NCBI GenBank assembly: GCA_045638565.1
Contig: JAZUBN010000021.1
Location: 1-53,441 of the forward strand
Direction: 5' to 3'
Length of the DNA: 53,441 bases
Origin: Oscillospiraceae bacterium
Lineage (GTDB): Bacteria; Bacillota; Clostridia; Oscillospirales; Butyricicoccaceae
Position 1 is the first letter of the stretch. The number at the start of each line of letters is the position of its first letter. The notes below the pieces were generated by a model, which saw nothing but the letters and a program-made list of their open reading frames with translations, was not told the origin of the DNA and did no database searches. Shown here one piece after another: positions 1 to 9,048 of this stretch. The position numbers were made by a program, and so were the translations under genes.

Positions 1-30
1 CAATAAACGCTCTGTAGAGTGGCAAAAAAT

Positions 31-66
31 AAAACCTCCCAATCGGGAGGTTTTGTTTGTTTTTGA
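31..66. terminator. bidirectional rho-independent terminator
   Basis: AAAACCTCCC-aatc-GGGAGGTTTT is a perfect 10-bp stem with an A-run 5' and a T-run 3'. It lies 3' of the minus-strand trhA-like gene. Confidence 0.7.
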
Positions 67-67
67 T

Positions 68-116
68 AGCCTCCCTTGCCTAAAGGGAGGGGGACCACCG
101 AAGGTGGTGGAGGGAT
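68..116 (+). repeat. family-A structured intergenic repeat, copy A1 (CCTCCCT subtype)
   Basis: Hairpin 1 is CCTCCCTT-gccta-AAGGGAGG, hairpin 2 is ACCACC-gaa-GGTGGT, and the purine tail is GGAGGGAT. Nine other copies share this layout. Confidence 0.8.
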
Positions 117-128
117 ATATCCTCAATC

Positions 129-782
129 TTACAGCACCACATAAAACAGCACTGCAAAATACTGGAGAATCGTGCCGCCAAGCACGAAAAAGTGCCATAT
201 CGAGTGCATATATTTTTTGCGTATTGCGTAGAAGATGATGCCGACAGTGTATGCAAGACCGCCTGCCGCAAGAAGAATCATGCCGCCTTTTGCAAGGCTT
301 GCGATGAGCGGCTTTATAGCGAAAACAACCGCCCAGCCCATTGCGATATAGCATATCATAGAGAAAATCTTGAACTTTTCAAGGCTGACGATGTTGAGTA
401 TGACACCGATTATCGCCGCACCCCATACAACACCGAAAAGTGTCCACGCAATGGCAGGAGTTGTTTCACGAAGTGTTACAAGGGTGAAAGGGGTGTACGA
501 GCCTGCTATGAGCAGAAAGATGGAACAATGGTCAAAAACACGGAATACCGATTTGACCTTTCCGTCAGTAAACGAATGATAAAGGGCGGAAAATGTGTAA
601 AGAAGAATCATTGTTGCGCCGTAAATGGATGAGCTGACAACCTTCCATACATCGCCCTGAAGTGCGGAAAATACGATGAGAACAGCCATGCCGCCTGCTG
701 CGGCAAGAGCGCCTGTGCCGTGGGAGATAGAGTTTATAAGCTCTTCGGCAAGGGTGTAAACAGGTTTTTTGGATTTTTTCAT
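129..782 (-). CDS. trhA: hemolysin III / PAQR-family membrane protein (TrhA-like)
   Basis: 217 aa and multi-TM. Motifs NSISHGTGA, SALYHS, FDHCSIFLLIAGSYTPF and HSIWHFFVL are typical of the HlyIII family. RBS AAGGTG lies upstream of the ATG. Confidence 0.85.
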   Translation of the reverse strand: MKKSKKPVYTLAEELINSISHGTGALAAAGGMAVLIVFSALQGDVWKVVSSSIYGATMILLYTFSALYHSFTDGKVKSVFRVFDHCSIFLLIAGSYTPFTLVTLRETTPAIAWTLFGVVWGAAIIGVILNIVSLEKFKIFSMICYIAMGWAVVFAIKPLIASLAKGGMILLAAGGLAYTVGIIFYAIRKKYMHSIWHFFVLGGTILQYFAVLFYVVL

Positions 783-785
783 TGG

Positions 786-1226
786 TCACCTTAATTTCTT
801 GAAAAACTCGGTGAGAAGCTCTTTGCATTCATCCCCGAGAATGCCGCCAGTCACCTTTGGCTTGTGGTTGAAATTTTCGAAGAAAAGGTCGATAACGCCC
901 CCCACAGCGCCGCCTTTTTTGTCATATGCTCCGAAAAAGAGCGATTCTATCTTCGAATGAATGATTGCTCCTGCGCACATAGGACAAGGCTCGAGAGTGA
1001 CATACATATCGCAGCCTTCAAGCCTCCATGAAGACAAAGCGGAACAAGCCATGCTTATGGCGTTTATCTCGGCGTGACCGAGTGCTGTGTTGTTTCTTTC
1101 ACGGGTGTTGTGTCCCAGACCTATGATTTCGCCGTCTTTCACTATGACACAGCCCACAGGAACATCGCCTGAAAGGGCACATTTTTTCGCCTCTTCAATG
1201 GCGAGAGCCATATAATGTTCGTGCAT
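786..1226 (-). CDS. tadA: tRNA adenosine(34) deaminase
   Basis: 146 aa with cytidine/deoxycytidylate deaminase zinc motifs GHAEINAI and LEPCPMCAGAI. RBS GGAGGA is present. Confidence 0.92.
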   Translation of the reverse strand: MHEHYMALAIEEAKKCALSGDVPVGCVIVKDGEIIGLGHNTRERNNTALGHAEINAISMACSALSSWRLEGCDMYVTLEPCPMCAGAIIHSKIESLFFGAYDKKGGAVGGVIDLFFENFNHKPKVTGGILGDECKELLTEFFKKLR

Positions 1227-1292
1227 TTTGTCCTCCGCGCAGATTATACGAGAATTTTACCAAAGTAAATGACAAAAGTCAAGAAAAATGGC

Positions 1293-1321
1293 TTGAAAAA
1301 ATGCCCTATATAATGTATAAT
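1293..1321 (+). promoter_or_regulatory. candidate sigma-A promoter (TTGAAA-17-TATAAT)
   Basis: TTGAAA at 1293-1298, a 17-nt spacer, and TATAAT at 1316-1321. If active it would give gltX a leader of about 410 nt that contains the repeat mosaic. No experimental support. Confidence 0.35.
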
Positions 1322-1349
1322 TATTAAAATAGAATGGGTATCTATAAGC
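1316..1349 (+). repeat. 34-nt AT-rich direct repeat, copy 1
   Basis: tataattattaaaatagaatgggtatctataagc matches tataattattagaatagaatggagtattataggc at 1486-1519 at roughly 85 percent identity by eye, allowing one indel. The pair brackets the GC-rich module at 1375-1485. Confidence 0.7.
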
Positions 1350-1374
1350 AAATCTATAAAATAATTATACATTA

Positions 1375-1485
1375 TGGAGGGCCGAGCGCCCGACCGCGGC
1401 AAATGCCGTCGTGCCGAGCGGGAGGATTTACTCCGACCAGCGAGTATTAAATCGTGGGGCCCCTGCAAAACCTGTTTTGTGGGGA
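1375..1485. repeat. GC-rich structured module inserted in AT-rich spacer
   Basis: GGAGGGCCGAGCGCCCGACCGCGG...GGGGCCCCTGCAAAAC-ct-GTTTTGTGGGG. It shares the strings CGACCGCGG and CCGAGC with the insert at 1549-1628 and is bracketed by the 34-nt direct repeats. It contains no credible ORF. Confidence 0.55.
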
Positions 1486-1519
1486 TATAATTATTAGAAT
1501 AGAATGGAGTATTATAGGC
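1486..1519 (+). repeat. 34-nt AT-rich direct repeat, copy 2
   Basis: See copy 1 at 1316-1349. Confidence 0.7.
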
Positions 1520-1530
1520 TGATTCATATA

Positions 1531-1677
1531 AAGCCTTCCCCTTGAGGGTAGTGAAACGGCGACCGCGGTGTTGAATGACAACCCAGTGGGTTGTCAGACC
1601 CGCGGCGTGACCGAGCCGCAGCGAGACAGGTGTCAGCAAAGCTGACGGATGAGGTGTAGCCGTGTAACGGCGTTTAT
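1531..1677 (+). repeat. family-A repeat, copy A2, interrupted by an 80-nt nested insert (1549-1628)
   Basis: 1531-1548 is AAGCCTTCCCCTTGAGGG, the 5' part of the element. 1629-1677 is GGTGTCAGC-aaa-GCTGACGGATGAGGTGTAGCCG-tgtaa-CGGCGTTTAT, the 3' part. Intact copies have only GAA between these parts. The insert starts (G)GTAG, ends CCGCAGCGAGACA, and contains TGACAACCC-agt-GGGTTGTCA. Confidence 0.75.
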
Positions 1678-1735
1678 ATAATTACACCATTCCAAAATAT
1701 AGTTAAAAATCACTTCAGACGGAGGATAAAATATA

Positions 1736-3382
1736 ATGGACAACAACAAACTTGCCCAGCTTCTGTTCCCACACATCACTGTGGAAATGGACGAATATCT
1801 TGAAAAAATCTATCCAAAGCGTGACCTTCCGGAAGGCGCTTATGTAACACGCTTTGCCCCAAGCCCAACAGGCTTTATTCACATCGGCGGTCTTTTCACA
1901 GCCCTTGTAAATGAACGTCTTGCACATCAGTCGGGCGGTAAAATCTTCCTCAGAATCGAAGACACAGACAAGAAGAGAGAACAGGAAGACGGCATCAACG
2001 AAATCATCACAGGTCTTGCTGCTTTCGGCATCAACTTTGACGAAGGCAAGACTCTTGACGGCACAGAAAAGGGCAATTACGGCCCATATGTACAGAGCCA
2101 CAGAGCAGATATCTATCAGAGCTTCTGTAAGGCACTTGTTGTAAAGGGTTATGCATACCCTTGCTTCTGCACAGAAGAAGACCTTTCTGAAATCCGCAAG
2201 GTTCAGGAAGAAAAGAAGGTTCTCCCAGGCTATCATACAGAATATGCAAAGTGCAGAAACCTCACTTATGAAGAAATCGAAGAAAACATCAAGGCAGGCA
2301 AGCCTTATGTTGTACGTCTCAAGTCCCCGGGCAAAATCGGCGGCAGAGTCAAGTATAAGGACGTTGTCAAGGGCGATATCGAAATGGACGAAAACGTAGC
2401 AGATATCGTTCTCCTCAAGACAGACGGCATCCCAACATACCACTTCGCTCACGCTTGTGACGATACACTCATGGGCACAACACACGTTGTCCGTTCCGAT
2501 GAATGGGTACCATCTGTAAACATCCACCTTCAGCTCTTCTACTGCCTCGGCCTCAAGGCTCCAAAGTACTGCCACATCTCCCCAATCATGAAGGAAGACA
2601 ACGGCGGCAAGAGAAAGCTTTCCAAGCGTAAGGACCCTGAAGCAGCGGTAAGCTACTTCACAGAAGAAGGCTATCCAAAGGAAGCTGTGCTTGAATATCT
2701 CCTCACACTTGCAAACTCCCAGTACGAAGACTGGAGAAAGCAGAACAAGACAGCAGACCTTCACGATTATAAGTTCGCTATGAAGAATATGTCCAAGTCG
2801 GGCGCACTCTTTGACCTTGTAAAGCTCAACAACGTTTCGGGCGAAGTCATCTCCCGTTTCCCAGCTGAAAAGCTTTATGAATATGTTCTCGAATGGGCTA
2901 ATGAATTCGATAAGGAATTTGCTCAGAAGCTCACAGACAACAAGGATAAGGCTGTTACATTCTTCGGCGTTGACAGAAGCGGCAACAAGCCACGTAAGGA
3001 CATCACACAGTGGAAGGGTGTAGCTAAATATATGGAATACATCTTCTCCGATGTATTTGAATGTGAAGCTATCGAAAATATCGCAGCAGAAGACCAGAAG
3101 GCAGTTCTCGCCAAGTACGCAACAGTATTTGATGTAAATCATACAAAGGACGAATGGTTCGCTGCTATGAAGAGCATCTGCGAAGAGCTCGGCTTCTCTC
3201 CAGACGTTAAGGCTTATAAGGCTGACCCATCTGCATTCAAGGGCCATGTAGGTGATATCTCCACAATCGTCCGTGTTGCTCTCACAGGCAGAAAGAACAC
3301 ACCTGACCTTTATTCCATCATGGCTATCCTCGGCACAGATGAAATCAAGGCAAGACTTAACAAGTATATCGAAACTTTGTAA
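1736..3382 (+). CDS. gltX: glutamate--tRNA ligase (long, ~550-aa form)
   Basis: 548 aa. Class I motifs PSPTGFIHIGG (HIGH) and KLSKRK (KMSKS). RBS GGAGGA is present. Confidence 0.9.
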   Translation: MDNNKLAQLLFPHITVEMDEYLEKIYPKRDLPEGAYVTRFAPSPTGFIHIGGLFTALVNERLAHQSGGKIFLRIEDTDKKREQEDGINEIITGLAAFGINFDEGKTLDGTEKGNYGPYVQSHRADIYQSFCKALVVKGYAYPCFCTEEDLSEIRKVQEEKKVLPGYHTEYAKCRNLTYEEIEENIKAGKPYVVRLKSPGKIGGRVKYKDVVKGDIEMDENVADIVLLKTDGIPTYHFAHACDDTLMGTTHVVRSDEWVPSVNIHLQLFYCLGLKAPKYCHISPIMKEDNGGKRKLSKRKDPEAAVSYFTEEGYPKEAVLEYLLTLANSQYEDWRKQNKTADLHDYKFAMKNMSKSGALFDLVKLNNVSGEVISRFPAEKLYEYVLEWANEFDKEFAQKLTDNKDKAVTFFGVDRSGNKPRKDITQWKGVAKYMEYIFSDVFECEAIENIAAEDQKAVLAKYATVFDVNHTKDEWFAAMKSICEELGFSPDVKAYKADPSAFKGHVGDISTIVRVALTGRKNTPDLYSIMAILGTDEIKARLNKYIETL

Positions 3383-3470
3383 TACAACGAAAAATGCAGG
3401 GGCGGGTTTCCACGCCCGCCTGATAAATATAAAATCACATAATCCCATTTGATTTATACAGGAGTAAATA

Positions 3471-5150
3471 ATGGAAAATATTGAAAAGACAACAAACGAA
3501 GAAGTATTGTTTGAAGGCAACTTCATTCATGACTTCATTGATGAAGATCTTAAGGAAGGAAACTTCGACAGAGTTCAGACTCGTTTCCCACCTGAACCAA
3601 ACGGCTACCTTCATGTAGGCCACATCAAGGCTATCGCAGTTGACTTCACAACAGCAAAGAAGTACAACGGTATCTGCAATCTCCGCCTTGACGATACAAA
3701 CCCACAGAAGGAAGACGATGAATATGTAAACGCTATCATCGAAGATATCCGCTGGCTCGGCTTTGAACCGGACAATATCCTCTATGGCTCCAACTATTTT
3801 GACGACTGCTATGAAGCAGCTATCCGCCTTATCAAGAAGGGCAAGGCTTTCGTCTGCGACCTCAATGCTGAACAGATGAGAGAATACCGCGGCTCTCTCA
3901 CAGAGCCTGGCAAGGAAAGCCCATACCGCAACAGAACTGTTGAAGAAAACCTCGATCTCTTCGAAAGAATGAGAAAGGGTGAATTTGAGCCTGGTGAAAA
4001 GACACTCCGCGCAAAGATTGATATGGCATCCGGTAACGTAAATATGCGTGACCCTATCATCTACCGTATCATGAAGGTTCCACACGACCGCTGCGGCGAC
4101 AAGTGGTGCATCTACCCAATGTACGACTTCAACCACCCAATCTCCGATACAGTTGAAGGCGTTACACATTCCCTCTGCACACTTGAATTCGAAGACCACA
4201 GACCACTTTACGACTGGGTACTCAAGGAAGCTGAATTCGAAAAGCCATCCCGTCAGATCGAATTTGCTCGTCTCAACCTCAGCTACGCTCTTACAAGTAA
4301 GAGACGCTGCCTCGCTCTCGTAAACGGCGGCGCAGTAACAGGCTGGGATGATCCACGTATGGCAACAATCGCAGGTATGAGAAGACGCGGCTACCCAGCT
4401 CCAGCTCTCCTCGACTTCGTTTCCAAGGCAGGCCTTTCCAAGACATATTCTGTCGTTGATTACAGCCTCCTCGAATTCTGCGTACGTGACTATCTCAATA
4501 CAAATGCAGAACGTGCTATGGCAGTTCTCAAGCCTCTTAAGGTTGTTATCGAAAACTATCCTGAAGGAAAGACAGAAGAAGTTTCCGTTGAAATCAATCC
4601 AAATAAGCCTGAGCTTGGCTCCCGCAAGGTAACATTCTCCCGTGAAATCTACATCGAAGCTGATGACTTCACAGAAGTTCCACCAAAGGGCTACCACAGA
4701 CTTTCCCCAGGCAAGGAAGTTCGTCTCAAGGGCGGTTACTATATCACAGCTCAGAAGGCTGTTTACAACGAAAACGGCGACATCGACCACCTCATCTGCA
4801 CATATGACCCTGAAACAGCAGGCGGCACATCTCCTGACGGCCGCAAGGTAAAGGGCACAATCCACTGGGTTGACGCAAACAACTGCGTTGATGCTGAAGT
4901 TCGTCTTTACGACAGACTCTTCAAGAATCCTAACCCATCCGATGGCGAAGTATTCGATAACCTCAATCCTGATTCCCTCACAGTAGTTGAAAACGCAAAG
5001 GTTGAAAAGCATCTCCACGGTCACGCACCGCTCGATACTTTCCAGTTCCTCCGTCACGGCTACTTCACAGTTGACAAGGATTCCACAGCAGAGAAGATGG
5101 TCTTTAACAGAACAGTAACTCTCAAGGATTCCTGGGCAAAGCAGAAGTAA
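3471..5150 (+). CDS. glnS: glutamine--tRNA ligase
   Basis: 559 aa. RFPPEPNGYLHVGHIKA (HIGH region), LRLDDTNP, LTSKRR (KMSKS equivalent), and a GlnRS-type C-terminal beta-barrel region. Confidence 0.92.
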   Translation: MENIEKTTNEEVLFEGNFIHDFIDEDLKEGNFDRVQTRFPPEPNGYLHVGHIKAIAVDFTTAKKYNGICNLRLDDTNPQKEDDEYVNAIIEDIRWLGFEPDNILYGSNYFDDCYEAAIRLIKKGKAFVCDLNAEQMREYRGSLTEPGKESPYRNRTVEENLDLFERMRKGEFEPGEKTLRAKIDMASGNVNMRDPIIYRIMKVPHDRCGDKWCIYPMYDFNHPISDTVEGVTHSLCTLEFEDHRPLYDWVLKEAEFEKPSRQIEFARLNLSYALTSKRRCLALVNGGAVTGWDDPRMATIAGMRRRGYPAPALLDFVSKAGLSKTYSVVDYSLLEFCVRDYLNTNAERAMAVLKPLKVVIENYPEGKTEEVSVEINPNKPELGSRKVTFSREIYIEADDFTEVPPKGYHRLSPGKEVRLKGGYYITAQKAVYNENGDIDHLICTYDPETAGGTSPDGRKVKGTIHWVDANNCVDAEVRLYDRLFKNPNPSDGEVFDNLNPDSLTVVENAKVEKHLHGHAPLDTFQFLRHGYFTVDKDSTAEKMVFNRTVTLKDSWAKQK

Positions 5151-6268
5151 TGATTTATTTAGATAATTCAGCTACAACAAAGGTACTCGACTGCGCGCTT
5201 AATGCCGCAGTCGATGCCATGACAGAAAACTTCGGCAATCCTGCCGCAGTTCATTCCTTCGGCAAGAAGGCAAATGACATATTGGAAAATGCCCGTAAGG
5301 ACATTATGGCGGCGCTTAATGTGAAGAAGGGTACTCTCGTCTTTACATCGGGCGGCACAGAAAGCATCAACTGGGCGATTTCCTTTGCCGCAGACAAAAA
5401 CAAGCACAAGGGCAAACATATCGTGTCGACAAAAATTGAGCACGCCGCAACACTTGAAACTCTCAAGGCTCTCACAATGAAGGGTTATGAAGTAACTCTC
5501 GTCGAGCCTGAGCGTGACGGCAGCGTGTCGATTGATAAGATAAAATCTGCCATCAGAGAAGATACAATCCTGCTGACACTTATGGCGGTCTGCAACGAAA
5601 CAGGCGCAGTTTTGCCTTATCTCGAAGCGGCAAAATATATGAAGCAGGTCAATAAGGATGCTTTCGTACACATTGACGGGGTGCAGGGCTTTATGAAGAT
5701 TGATATGCCTCTTGATAATGTGGATTTCCTCTCCATTTCCGCCCATAAGATAGGTGGTGTCAAGGGAATTGGCGCTCTCTATATCAAAGATGGCGTTAAG
5801 ATTTCCCCAATGCTTCACGGCGGCTATCAGGATATGGGACTTCGCTCGGGCACACAGGCTGTTCCTCAGATGGCGGCTTTCGGCGCAGCGGCGAAATATC
5901 ACGCAGAGCATTTTGCCGAAGGCACAGCACATATGGATGAAGTCAGAAGATACTGCATCGAGCGCCTCAATGAAATCGAAGGCTCGACAGTTGCAGTTAG
6001 CGAAAACCAGGCGCCTCACGTTGTAAACGTAGGTTTCAAAAAGGGCAGAAGCGAAGTCATCATCCGCGTTCTTTCCGATAAGGGAATCTATGTTTCGGGC
6101 GGCTCTGCCTGCGCCAAGGGCAAGAAAAGCCATGTGCTTTTAGCAATGAACAGAGATCCGAAGGCCATCGATTCTTCTTTAAGAATCAGCCTTTCGGAAG
6201 AAAATACAAAGGAAGAGATTGACATTTTCATCGACACTCTCAAAATGGCGATGAAGATGTTCAGGTAA
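5150..6268 (+). CDS. cysteine desulfurase (class V aminotransferase, likely ThiI partner, NifZ/IscS-like)
   Basis: 372 aa. IYLDNSATT, PLP-lysine context SAHKIGGVKGIGALY, and active-site loop SGGSACA. The start overlaps the glnS stop (TAATG). Confidence 0.88.
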   Translation: MIYLDNSATTKVLDCALNAAVDAMTENFGNPAAVHSFGKKANDILENARKDIMAALNVKKGTLVFTSGGTESINWAISFAADKNKHKGKHIVSTKIEHAATLETLKALTMKGYEVTLVEPERDGSVSIDKIKSAIREDTILLTLMAVCNETGAVLPYLEAAKYMKQVNKDAFVHIDGVQGFMKIDMPLDNVDFLSISAHKIGGVKGIGALYIKDGVKISPMLHGGYQDMGLRSGTQAVPQMAAFGAAAKYHAEHFAEGTAHMDEVRRYCIERLNEIEGSTVAVSENQAPHVVNVGFKKGRSEVIIRVLSDKGIYVSGGSACAKGKKSHVLLAMNRDPKAIDSSLRISLSEENTKEEIDIFIDTLKMAMKMFR

Positions 6269-6272
6269 AAAT

Positions 6273-7442
6273 ATGAGAGAAGTTTTTCTTTTGAAGTTTG
6301 GCGAGCTGGTGCTCAAAGGTCTTAACAGACTCAAGTTTGAAAACCGCCTTGTCAAGCTTGTCAGAACAAGAATGTATAAATACGGCACATTCGAAGTTTA
6401 CGCAAAGCAGTCGGTGCTTTTCGTAGAGCCTATCGAATGTGAAGACCTTGAAGCAGCCTTCGATGCCTGCCGCAAGATTTTCGGTATAGTCGCGGTCCAG
6501 CGTTGCGCAGTTTGCGATAAGGATATTATGGTTGCCTGCAAGACAGCCGAAACTTATCTTGCAGATATGCTTAACGAAGTCAATAACTTCAAGGTCGAGT
6601 CCCGTCGCTCAGATAAGTCCTTCCCTATGACATCCATCCAGATTTCGCAGGAAATCGGCGGCTGGCTCAATGATAAGTTTGCTCATCTTTCCCCAAAGAT
6701 GGACAACCCTGAAATGACAGTCAAGGTGGAAGTCCGTGAAAAGGGCATCTACATCAGCGGTAAGGTTTATCCTGGCGCAGGCGGCTTGCCAACAGGCTCC
6801 AACGGACGCGGTCTCCTTATGCTTTCGGGCGGTATCGACAGCCCTGTTGCAGGTCATATGATGGCAAAGCGCGGTCTCGACCTCGCTGCAATCCACTTCT
6901 TCAGCTATCCATATACATCTGAAGAAGCAAAGCAGAAGGTGCTCAAGCTCGCTGAAATTATGACAGATTACACAGGCAAGATTCCTGTTTTCATCGTGCC
7001 ATTCACAGAAATCCAGGAAGCTATCCGCGATAACTGCTTCGAAGACCTCTTCACAGTTATTATGCGCCGCTTCATGGTGAGAATTGCCGATAAGCTCGCT
7101 CAGCAGCAGCTTTGCGGATGTATCATCACAGGCGAAAGCCTCGGTCAGGTTGCAAGCCAGACTATGGAAGCTTTGGGCGTTACAAATGCCTGCTCTGAAA
7201 CTCCTATCTTCCGTCCACTCATCGGTATGGATAAGAATGAAATCACAATAATTTCCCGCAAGATAGGCACTTTCGAAACATCCATCCTCCCATACGAAGA
7301 CTGCTGCACAGTCTTCACACCAAAGCACCCTGTCACAAAGCCAAAGATGAAGAAGGTCATCGAGGAAGAATCCCGCCTCGATATCGACGCACTCGTACAG
7401 CGCGCCCTCGACGAAACATACTACATCGTAGTGGGTGAATAG
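6273..7442 (+). CDS. thiI: tRNA 4-thiouridine(8) synthase ThiI (no rhodanese domain)
   Basis: 389 aa. THUMP-like N-terminus and PP-loop LMLSGGIDSPVA. It directly follows the cysteine desulfurase gene. Confidence 0.92.
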   Translation: MREVFLLKFGELVLKGLNRLKFENRLVKLVRTRMYKYGTFEVYAKQSVLFVEPIECEDLEAAFDACRKIFGIVAVQRCAVCDKDIMVACKTAETYLADMLNEVNNFKVESRRSDKSFPMTSIQISQEIGGWLNDKFAHLSPKMDNPEMTVKVEVREKGIYISGKVYPGAGGLPTGSNGRGLLMLSGGIDSPVAGHMMAKRGLDLAAIHFFSYPYTSEEAKQKVLKLAEIMTDYTGKIPVFIVPFTEIQEAIRDNCFEDLFTVIMRRFMVRIADKLAQQQLCGCIITGESLGQVASQTMEALGVTNACSETPIFRPLIGMDKNEITIISRKIGTFETSILPYEDCCTVFTPKHPVTKPKMKKVIEEESRLDIDALVQRALDETYYIVVGE

Positions 7443-7448
7443 TTTTAT

Positions 7449-7499
7449 GCCTTCCCCGGTGGGGGAAGGGGGACCGCTTGCGGTGGATGAGGCGTAACC
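7449..7499 (+). repeat. family-A repeat, copy A3
   Basis: GCCTTCCCC-ggtg-GGGGAAGG, ACCG-cttg-CGGT, tail GGATGAGGCG. It begins 6 nt after the thiI stop. Confidence 0.8.
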
Positions 7500-7506
7500 A
7501 ATCTGC

Positions 7507-7537
7507 CGTAGGGACCGACGTCCTCGGTGGTCCGCAG
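7507..7537 (+). repeat. family-B REP-like element
   Basis: CGTAGGGACCGACG-tcct-CGGTGGTCCGCAG. It is nearly identical to 28745-28775 and is followed by the small hairpin GGCAAAC-gaa-GTTTGTCC. Confidence 0.8.
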
Positions 7538-7607
7538 GCAAACGAAGTTTGTCCTTTCGATAAATCACAATCCCATATAAATATAATCAAGAAAGGCGAA
7601 AATCACC

Positions 7608-8858
7608 ATGCAAAAAAGTTTATCCTGTGAAATCCTCGCTGTCGGAACAGAGCTTCTGCTTGGCGAGATAGTCAATACAGATGCCCAGATGCTTTCTCAG
7701 GGCCTTTCCGAGCTGGGCATTTCGGTTTTCCACCACACAGTTGTGGGCGATAATCCTCAGCGCCTCAGCGAAGCTGTTGAAATCGCAAAAAAGAGAGCCG
7801 ATATCATCATCACAACAGGCGGCCTCGGCCCAACAGCCGACGACCTCACAAAGGAAACTATCGCAAAGGCTTTCGGCAAGAAGCTTGAATTGCATCAGCC
7901 TTCCCTTGAACGCCTTTATTCCCGCTGGTCCTTTGGCACAATGACAAAGAACAATGAGCGTCAGGCATGGCTTCCTGAAGGCTGTGAAGTGCTGGTCAAT
8001 GACTGGGGCACAGCTCCGGGCTGCGCTTTTGAAGCAGAGGGCAAGCATGTCATTATGCTCCCTGGCCCACCAAGAGAATGTACAGCTATGTGGCAATACA
8101 GAGCAAAGCCTTATCTTGAAAAGCTGACAGGCGGCGCTATCGTTTCACACTTCATCCGCCTTTACGGCATCGGTGAATCGGCTATGGAAGATAAGATTGC
8201 CTACATTATGGATAATGCTGTCAACCCATCTGCCGCACCTTATGCCAAGGAAGGCGAATGTCTCGTCCGTGTAACTGCAAAGGGCGAAACACACGAGCAG
8301 GCTGAAGAAATGACAAAGCCTCTCATCGAGCAGATTGTGGGCGAGCTTAAGGAATTCGTCTACGGTATCGATGCAAATTCCCTCGAAGAAGTGCTTGTTG
8401 CCCTTCTCAAAGAGAAGAATCTTACAATTTCTACAGCTGAAAGCTGCACAGGCGGCTATATTTCCAAACGAATCACAGATATCGCAGGCTGTTCCGACGT
8501 ATTTATGGGCGGTATGGTGACATACTCCAACGAAAGCAAGATGAAGCTTCTCGGCGTCAAGGCTGAAACTCTGGAAAAGTATGGCGCAGTAAGCGAACAG
8601 ACAGCCTATGAAATGGCTTCCAATGTTGCACGCGTTATGGGTACAGATATCGGTGTCGGTATCACAGGCATCGCAGGTCCGGGCGGCGGCAGCGAAGAAA
8701 AGCCTGTCGGTCTTGTCTATGCAGGTGTCTGCTATAAGGGCGAAACAAAGGTTTATGAACTGCCAAGAAGAAAGAATCAGTCGCGCGAAAGAGTGCGCCT
8801 GCTTGCCTCCTCCAAGGTGCTTGACCTTGTGAGAAGAACAGTTCTCGGCATAGAATAG
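7608..8858 (+). CDS. cinA: competence/damage-inducible protein CinA (MoCF-like domain plus nicotinamide-nucleotide amidohydrolase)
   Basis: 416 aa. N-terminal EILAVGTELLLGEIVNTDA and C-terminal ESCTGG...GIAGPGGG PncC-type motifs. Confidence 0.9.
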   Translation: MQKSLSCEILAVGTELLLGEIVNTDAQMLSQGLSELGISVFHHTVVGDNPQRLSEAVEIAKKRADIIITTGGLGPTADDLTKETIAKAFGKKLELHQPSLERLYSRWSFGTMTKNNERQAWLPEGCEVLVNDWGTAPGCAFEAEGKHVIMLPGPPRECTAMWQYRAKPYLEKLTGGAIVSHFIRLYGIGESAMEDKIAYIMDNAVNPSAAPYAKEGECLVRVTAKGETHEQAEEMTKPLIEQIVGELKEFVYGIDANSLEEVLVALLKEKNLTISTAESCTGGYISKRITDIAGCSDVFMGGMVTYSNESKMKLLGVKAETLEKYGAVSEQTAYEMASNVARVMGTDIGVGITGIAGPGGGSEEKPVGLVYAGVCYKGETKVYELPRRKNQSRERVRLLASSKVLDLVRRTVLGIE

Positions 8859-8920
8859 TATAATATATTGTAAGGGCGGGCTATGTCCCGCCCCTGTGAT
8901 TATAAGCGTATCCTATTTAT

Positions 8921-8988
8921 AAGCCTTCCCCTCGAGGGGAAGGGGGACCGCTTGCGGTGGATGAGGTGTAGACCGAAGGTCGTTTTAT
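8921..8988 (+). repeat. family-A repeat, copy A4
   Basis: AAGCCTTCCCC-tcga-GGGGAAGG, ACCG-cttg-CGGT, GGATGAGGTGTAG, GACC-gaa-GGTC, GTTTTAT. It is preceded by the hairpin GGGCGGG-ctatgt-CCCGCCC at 8874-8893. Confidence 0.8.
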
Positions 8989-9048
8989 CAAATGCATCGC
9001 AGATACATTAATGTTCCTAAGGAACAATTCATTTATAAACTATAACTT

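Noticed and set aside
1375-1485. An SRP (4.5S/scRNA) or other housekeeping RNA next to tadA. In Bacillus the scr gene neighbours tadA.
   Set aside because: No SRP domain IV-like motif or other housekeeping-RNA signature is recognisable. The segment shares strings with the insert at 1549-1628 and looks like a repeat module instead.
1244-1639. Small ORFs running through the repeats: 1244-1639 (-), 7357-7590 (-), 13054-13311 (-), 48976-49158 (+), 50105-50329 (+), and the N-terminal 33 codons of 28871-29728 (-).
   Set aside because: Their reading frames are made of repeat-element sequence that recurs in different frames and contexts, with no RBS. They would be typical false hypothetical proteins.
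1640-3470. T-box leaders in front of gltX and glnS.
   Set aside because: There is no GGTGGTACCGCG-like T-box sequence and no terminator/antiterminator pair. The 88-nt gltX-glnS spacer has only one GC hairpin (GGGCGGG-tttccac-GCCCGCC), without a T-run.
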